DNA from: an uncultured virus (IMG/VR IMGVR_UViG_3300029775_000206)
Lineage: Duplodnaviria > Heunggongvirae > Uroviricota > Caudoviricetes
Reading direction: 5' to 3' (one strand)
Virus record (IMG/VR): IMGVR_UViG_3300029775_000206
Span: 61,900 to 81,899 of that record
DNA: 20,000 nt
In this document: positions 15,533-20,000 of the stretch, one piece after another
Layout: each line of letters opens with the position of its first letter
How positions within the stretch are numbered: the stretch's first letter is position 1
The notes under the pieces: generated by a model
The model's input: only the letters and a program-made list of their open reading frames with translations
Told to the model about the DNA's origin: nothing
The model's database searches: none
Program-made: the position numbers and the translations under genes

Positions 15533-15567
15533 CTCCGGCTGCCATATGTGGTGGCCGGAGTTTTTTT
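15533..15567 (+). terminator. Rho-independent terminator after the sigma-like gene
   Basis: Stem CTCCGGCTGCCA / TGGTGGCCGGAG with a 4-nt loop, followed by T7. Confidence 0.85.
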
Positions 15568-15666
15568 CAAAATTTCTTCTTCATCCTTCGTCAAAACGGT
15601 CTGCCCGCCTCCAGTGGGAAGTGTAAGGAGCACGAAAACAAGATGCTCCGGATTGGAGGTAAAGCG

Positions 15667-15870
15667 ATGAATACGACACGCAACAGAAGTCCAGCGGACG
15701 CAGAAACCATCGCAGTTCTTTACGCGATAAGCCAAGTATCCGCAAGACTGGCAAGGAACCTGTCTGTCCTTGCCGCAGGTCAATCCGAGGAAGGAGGAAA
15801 AGGAAATGTCAAAAATGGCAGAAATGGATCAGACCATCAGAGAGCTCCGCGATGCAGCCGCTGCTATTAA
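15667..15870 (+). CDS. Small hypothetical phage protein (67 aa)
   Basis: RBS GGAGGT before the ATG at 15667. Helical core IAVLYAISQVSARLARNL. The tail overlaps the next gene. Confidence 0.55.
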   Translation: MNTTRNRSPADAETIAVLYAISQVSARLARNLSVLAAGQSEEGGKGNVKNGRNGSDHQRAPRCSRCY

Positions 15871-16132
15871 CAGCGCAGCCGACAGGCTCTACCAGCAGTT
15901 TTCAGGAAGTGAGGATGAACCCGCTTCCGATACGACACCGGAGGTAAAACCGGAGCCTGAAAAGAAGCCGCTTGCGCTGGAGGATGTCCGCGCTGTATTG
16001 GCAGACAAGTCTCGCGCAGGCCACACGGCAGAGATCAGGGAGCTGCTCCAGAAGTACGGTGCAAACAAGCTCTCGGCAGTCGATCCGTCACATTATGAGG
16101 CGCTGCTTAAAGATGTGGAGGCGCTCTCATGA
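15806..16132 (+). CDS. Conserved phage hypothetical protein (108 aa), typically found upstream of DUF2800
   Basis: RBS AGGAGG before the ATG at 15806. C-terminal LEDVRAVLADKSRAG...LLQKYGANKLS. ATGA overlap with the DUF2800 gene. Confidence 0.75.
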   Translation: MSKMAEMDQTIRELRDAAAAINSAADRLYQQFSGSEDEPASDTTPEVKPEPEKKPLALEDVRAVLADKSRAGHTAEIRELLQKYGANKLSAVDPSHYEALLKDVEALS

Positions 16133-17268
16133 GCGCGGCATCGCACGCGGTCCTCTCCGCATCCAGCTCCGACAGGTGGCTCCACTGCCCGCCGTCAGTA
16201 AGGCTCAGTGAAAAGTTCGAGGATACCAGAAGCAACTACGCGCTGGAAGGCACCTGCGCACATGCGCTTGCCGAGTTCAAGCTTCGTAAGGCGCTCGGGT
16301 ATCCGGCAGATGATCTCACGGAAAATCTCTCCTTCTATAACGAGGAGATGGACGAAGCCACAGACGGTTACGCCGCCTATGTGCTGGAGAAGGTCGAGAC
16401 CGCAAAGGAAAAGTGCCGTGATCCTGTCGTTCTGGTCGAGCAGCGAGTGGACTACTCCCGCTGGGTACGTGAAGGCTTCGGCACAGCCGATGCTCTCATC
16501 ATCGCAGATGGAACGCTCCGAGTTGTGGATCTGAAATATGGTACCGGCATCGAGGTTTCCGCAGAGGATAATCCGCAGCTTAAATGCTACGGGCTCGGCG
16601 CTCTGGAGCTGTTCGATGACATCTACGACATCGATACAGTCGCTTTCACAATCTATCAGCCGAGGCGTCAGAACATCAGCGAATGGGTAATCCCGAAGGC
16701 TGACCTGCTTTCATGGGCGGAGGAAGTTTTAAAGCCTGCTGCCGACCTTGCTTACAAGGGAGAAGGCAAATTCTCCTGCGGCTCGTGGTGCCGGTTCTGC
16801 AAGGCGAAGAACATCTGCCGGAAGCGTGCCGAGGAGAACCTGAAGCTCGCGCAGCACGAGTTCAAGCTGCCGCCGGAGCTCTCCGACGCGGAGATCGAGT
16901 TCATCCTCTCCCAGGTGGACGAGCTGGTCTCGTGGGCGTCCGACATCAAGGAGTACGCGCTCCAGCAGGCACTCTCCGGCAAGGAGTGGCACGGCTTCAA
17001 GCTCGTCGAAGGCAGGTCCGTCCGCAAGTACGCCAATGAAACCGCCGTCGCCAAGACGGTCGAAGAAGCCGGATTCGATCCGTACGAGAGAAAGCTGCTC
17101 GGCATCACCGCCATGCAGAAGCTCCTTGGGAAAAACCGGTTCAACGAACTCCTGTCGGGCTTCGTCGAGAAGCCGCAGGGCAAACCGACACTCGTCCCGG
17201 ACTCAGACAAGCGTCCGGCGATGAATACAGCAAAAAACGACTTCAAGGAGGTCAAAAATCATGAGTAA
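16129..17268 (+). CDS. DUF2800-family Cas4-like PD-(D/E)xK nuclease
   Basis: 379 aa. HAVLSASSSDRWLHCPPS, EGTCAH, E-Q-R-V, GTAD, VVDLKYG, QLKCY, and C-terminal WCRFCKAKNIC (four-Cys Fe-S staple pattern). Confidence 0.9.
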   Translation: MSAASHAVLSASSSDRWLHCPPSVRLSEKFEDTRSNYALEGTCAHALAEFKLRKALGYPADDLTENLSFYNEEMDEATDGYAAYVLEKVETAKEKCRDPVVLVEQRVDYSRWVREGFGTADALIIADGTLRVVDLKYGTGIEVSAEDNPQLKCYGLGALELFDDIYDIDTVAFTIYQPRRQNISEWVIPKADLLSWAEEVLKPAADLAYKGEGKFSCGSWCRFCKAKNICRKRAEENLKLAQHEFKLPPELSDAEIEFILSQVDELVSWASDIKEYALQQALSGKEWHGFKLVEGRSVRKYANETAVAKTVEEAGFDPYERKLLGITAMQKLLGKNRFNELLSGFVEKPQGKPTLVPDSDKRPAMNTAKNDFKEVKNHE

Positions 17269-17839
17269 GACAACTATGCACAATCCGATGAAGGTTATCA
17301 CTGGCCCGAACACCCGCTGGTCCTACGCGAACGTCTGGGAGCCGAAGTCCATCAACGGCGGAACGCCGAAATACAGCGTAAGCCTCATCATCCCGAAGTC
17401 CGACACCGTGACGGTCGCCAAGGTCAAGGCCGCCATCGAGGATGCCTACAAGGAGGGCGAAGCCAAGCTCAAGGGCAACAGCAAGTCCGTTCCCCCACTG
17501 TCCGCGATCAAGACGCCGCTTCGTAACGGCGACGCGGAGCGTCCGGACGACGAGGCCTACCGCGGCTCCTACTTCGTGAATGCGAACGCAACGACCGCTC
17601 CGGGCATCGTGGACGCGGACCTGAATCCGATTCTTTCCCGCAGCGAGGTGTACTCCGGCGTGTACGGCAGAGCCAGCATCACGTTCTACGCGTTCAACTC
17701 CTCCGGGAACCGCGGCATCGCCTGCGGCCTGAACAACCTGCAGAAGATCCGTGATGGCGAGCCGCTCGGCAGCAAGGCCAGCGCAGAATCCGACTTCGCG
17801 GATTTCACAACCGACAACGACGACGATTTCCTGAACTAA
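17261..17839 (+). CDS. DUF2815-family phage single-stranded DNA-binding protein
   Basis: 192 aa. RWSYANVWEP, KYSVSLIIPK, VYSGVY, GIACGLNNLQK, and acidic tail DDDFLN (T7 gp2.5-like). Confidence 0.9.
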   Translation: MSKTTMHNPMKVITGPNTRWSYANVWEPKSINGGTPKYSVSLIIPKSDTVTVAKVKAAIEDAYKEGEAKLKGNSKSVPPLSAIKTPLRNGDAERPDDEAYRGSYFVNANATTAPGIVDADLNPILSRSEVYSGVYGRASITFYAFNSSGNRGIACGLNNLQKIRDGEPLGSKASAESDFADFTTDNDDDFLN

Positions 17840-17851
17840 GGAGGCAAGACA

Positions 17852-18049
17852 ATGGAAACCATCATGAACATGATTCTCTGCATCATCTACGACCTGCTCG
17901 GCCTCAGCGGCATCGCGCTCCTGATCATCATCTCGGTCACGAGCGCCCGCTCCTACCGGGAGGACAAGGAACTCAGGCTCCATCAGGAGGAGCGCGACAA
18001 GGAGTACCACGAGCGCCGCATGAAGGAGCTGGAAGTGCATCGCGGCTAA
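17852..18049 (+). CDS. Small putative membrane protein (65 aa)
   Basis: RBS AAGGAGG. Hydrophobic N-terminal segment followed by a charged tail. Confidence 0.7.
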   Translation: METIMNMILCIIYDLLGLSGIALLIIISVTSARSYREDKELRLHQEERDKEYHERRMKELEVHRG

Positions 18050-18074
18050 ACCGTAACCCATACAAGTATTGGCG

Positions 18075-18107
18075 GGCGGCAGGGATCTATCTCTCTGCCG
18101 CCTTATT
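18075..18107 (+). terminator. GC-rich hairpin, weak terminator-like, upstream of HNH/polA
   Basis: GGCGGCAGGGA (18075-18085) pairs with TCTCTGCCGCC (18092-18102), followed by TTATT. Confidence 0.55.
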
Positions 18108-18129
18108 CGTGAATTGAGGTGAATACATT

Positions 18130-18654
18130 TTGGAAGAAGTATGGAAAGACATACCGGGATATGAAGGCCGATATCAGGCCAGCACGGAAGGTCGAATCCG
18201 CAGTCTTGTTAGAAATGCTCGCGGCGTATGCCATTTTACCGGAGAGCCATTCTGTCGGACTGTTAGAGGAAGGATTCTCAGTCCCGGTAAATACTGCAAG
18301 GCAGGACATCTGTCTGTGGTTCTCGGTCATGGCACTGCGGGAAAGCCAGTGCATCAACTTATCATGCTTACCTTCGTTGGTCCTCCTCCCGAAGGCATGG
18401 AAGTACTGCATCGAAACGGTGATCCTACAGATAACCGATTGGAGAATCTACATTATGGAACGCGAACTGAAAACATCCTTGACGTTTATCGACAAGGCAG
18501 CAAATGGAGAAAGCTCTCGGTTGATGACGTTCAAGCTATACGATTCGGTTTCTACTGTGGAATCAAAGGAGTTGAACTCGCGGCAATGTACAACGTAACG
18601 CCGTCAATCATCAGCGCAATAAAGACAGGGAGGATTTTTGCATGGCTAAAATGA
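18130..18654 (+). CDS. Free-standing NUMOD4-HNH homing endonuclease
   Basis: 174 aa, TTG start after GAGGTG. NUMOD4 signature EVWKDIPGYEGRYQASTEGRIRS. HNH VHQLI...VLHRNGDPTDNRLENL..GTRTEN. C-terminal HTH-like ELAAMYNVTPSIISAIK. Confidence 0.9.
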   Translation: MEEVWKDIPGYEGRYQASTEGRIRSLVRNARGVCHFTGEPFCRTVRGRILSPGKYCKAGHLSVVLGHGTAGKPVHQLIMLTFVGPPPEGMEVLHRNGDPTDNRLENLHYGTRTENILDVYRQGSKWRKLSVDDVQAIRFGFYCGIKGVELAAMYNVTPSIISAIKTGRIFAWLK

Positions 18655-20000
18655 ACAGCTTGTCCTTGGATCTGGAGACGTTCAGCGACGTCGATCTCGG
18701 CAAATGCGGCGTCTACAAGTACTCCGAATCGCCTGCCTTCGAGATTCTCCTGTTCGGCTACAGCGTGGACGGTGACCCGGTGCAGGTCGTTGACCTCGCC
18801 TGCGGAGAACAGATCCCGGATGACATCCTCGACGCGCTGACTGATGACACGGTTCTCAAGTGGGCGTTTAACGCGAACTTCGAGCGTGTCTGTCTGTCCA
18901 GATACTTGCGGGACATGGGCCGGAGCCTCAACCCGTTCCACGACCATCATCCGCTGTCGACGGAGCCTGCGCGGTTTCTGAGTCCGGAGGGCTGGCGCTG
19001 CTCGATGGTCTGGGCGGCGACAATTGGACTCCCGCTCAGCCTGAAAGGCGTCGGCGCAGTACTGAACCTCGCCGATCAGAAGATGGATGAGGGCAAGGCG
19101 CTCATCCGGTACTTTTCCGTTCCCTGCGCTCCTACGAAGGCGAACGGCGGCAGAACCCGGAACCTGCCATCCAACGATCCCGGCAAATGGGCGACATTCA
19201 AGAAATACAACCAGCGCGACGTCGAGGTCGAGATGTCTATCCAAAGGAAGCTCCGGAATTTCCCGGTGCCGGACTTCGTGTGGGACGAGTACCACATCGA
19301 CCAGGAGATCAATGACCGCGGTGTGCGCATCGACATGGACCTTGTGGAGAAGGCCATTGATATGGACACCCGCTCCCGCGGCGAGCTCACCGAGAAGATG
19401 CAGAAGCTGACCAATCTCGACAATCCGAACAGCGTGCAGCAGATGAAGCAGTGGCTCTCCGACAACGGCATGGAGGTCGACAGCCTCGGAAAGAAGGCCG
19501 TCGCAGCGCTCCTCAAGACCGCGCCGCCGGAGCTGGCCGAGGTTCTGGAGCTTCGTCAGCAGCTCGCCAAATCATCCGTGAAGAAGTATCAGACGATGCA
19601 GCGGGCCGTGTGCGATGACAGCCGGGCTCGCGGCATGTTCATGTTCTACGGAGCAAACCGCACCGGGCGCTGGGCCGGACGGCTCATCCAGCTGCAGAAC
19701 CTGCCGCAGAACCACCTGCCGGATCTGGATGCGGCGCGGGCTCTGGTGAAGTCCGGCGACTACGACGCGGTGAAGCTTCTCTATGAGGATGTGCCTGATA
19801 CGCTCAGCCAGCTGATCCGCACTGCGTTCATTCCGCGTGACGGCTGCCGGTTCTATGTGGCGGACTTCTCCGCCATCGAAGCCCGCGTCATCGCATGGTA
19901 CGCAGGCGAGCAGTGGAAATCCGACGCGTTCGCGAACGGCGAGGACATCTACTGCAGCACAGCAAGCCGCATGTTCCATAAGCCGGTCGTCAAGCACGGC
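18642..20000 (+). CDS. Phage-type family A DNA polymerase (3'-5' exonuclease + polymerase), truncated by the window end
   Basis: Absent from the ORF track because there is no stop in the window. RBS GGGAGG, then ATG at 18642 (alternative 18651). Translates MAKMNSLSLDLETFS (Exo I), AFNANFER (Exo II), YNQRDV (Exo III), RTGRWAG, QLQNLP, FYVADFSAIEARV (motif A). Confidence 0.93.
   Translation, partial: MAKMNSLSLDLETFSDVDLGKCGVYKYSESPAFEILLFGYSVDGDPVQVVDLACGEQIPDDILDALTDDTVLKWAFNANFERVCLSRYLRDMGRSLNPFHDHHPLSTEPARFLSPEGWRCSMVWAATIGLPLSLKGVGAVLNLADQKMDEGKALIRYFSVPCAPTKANGGRTRNLPSNDPGKWATFKKYNQRDVEVEMSIQRKLRNFPVPDFVWDEYHIDQEINDRGVRIDMDLVEKAIDMDTRSRGELTEKMQKLTNLDNPNSVQQMKQWLSDNGMEVDSLGKKAVAALLKTAPPELAEVLELRQQLAKSSVKKYQTMQRAVCDDSRARGMFMFYGANRTGRWAGRLIQLQNLPQNHLPDLDAARALVKSGDYDAVKLLYEDVPDTLSQLIRTAFIPRDGCRFYVADFSAIEARVIAWYAGEQWKSDAFANGEDIYCSTASRMFHKPVVKHG

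Larger units (their letters stand above)
15025..20000 (+). mobile_element. Prophage-like DNA replication module (continues beyond the window); the divergent defence cluster is probably its cargo
   Basis: Gene order sigma-like regulator, small ORFs, DUF2800, DUF2815, HNH, PolA is characteristic of Firmicutes prophage-like elements. GC is visibly higher than in the left block. No integrase or att site is identifiable in the window. Confidence 0.8.

Noticed and set aside
16129..17268. Cas4-like nuclease as evidence of a CRISPR-Cas locus
   Set aside because: No cas1/cas2 and no repeat-spacer array in the window. The gene sits in the standard DUF2800-DUF2815-polA phage replication context.
18119..18598. 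159-aa alternative-frame ORF over the HNH gene
   Set aside because: It has no motifs, while the overlapping frame carries clear NUMOD4 and HNH signatures.
14839..19997. Long minus-strand ORFs (14839-15783, 16752-17255, 17252-18061, 18552-19295, 19572-19997)
   Set aside because: They are antisense to clear phage genes. High GC3 suppresses stop codons on the opposite strand.

Overview
The window has two divergent blocks of a Firmicutes-type (probably Clostridia-like) prophage or integrative element. The left block (244-14584, minus strand) is a tightly packed defence cluster. In transcription order it encodes two uncharacterised proteins (306 aa and 218 aa), an excisionase-type HTH protein, an RloC/AAA_13-like zinc-hook ABC ATPase, two N6-adenine-methyltransferase-family genes, a GIY-YIG/SF2-helicase restriction-type protein, McrB with an EVE domain, McrC and a Fic protein. 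The right block (15025-20000, plus strand, higher GC) is a phage replication module: a sigma-70-region-4-type regulator, small ORFs, a DUF2800 Cas4-like nuclease, a DUF2815 SSB, a free-standing NUMOD4-HNH endonuclease and a family-A DNA polymerase that runs off the window. Between them lies a roughly 440-bp control region with a near-consensus promoter, operator-like repeats and hairpins. The most notable unexplained feature is a 19-residue Q/G-rich, RHIM-like motif (HxEQSGKGxQIGFVxxYxE). It occurs at the C-terminus of the 306-aa protein and again at the N-terminus of the adjacent 218-aa protein, with half of the shared residues on different codons. This is the layout expected of a homotypic, possibly amyloid, signalling pair at the head of a defence operon. 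All family assignments come from motif recognition by eye; no database searches were run.
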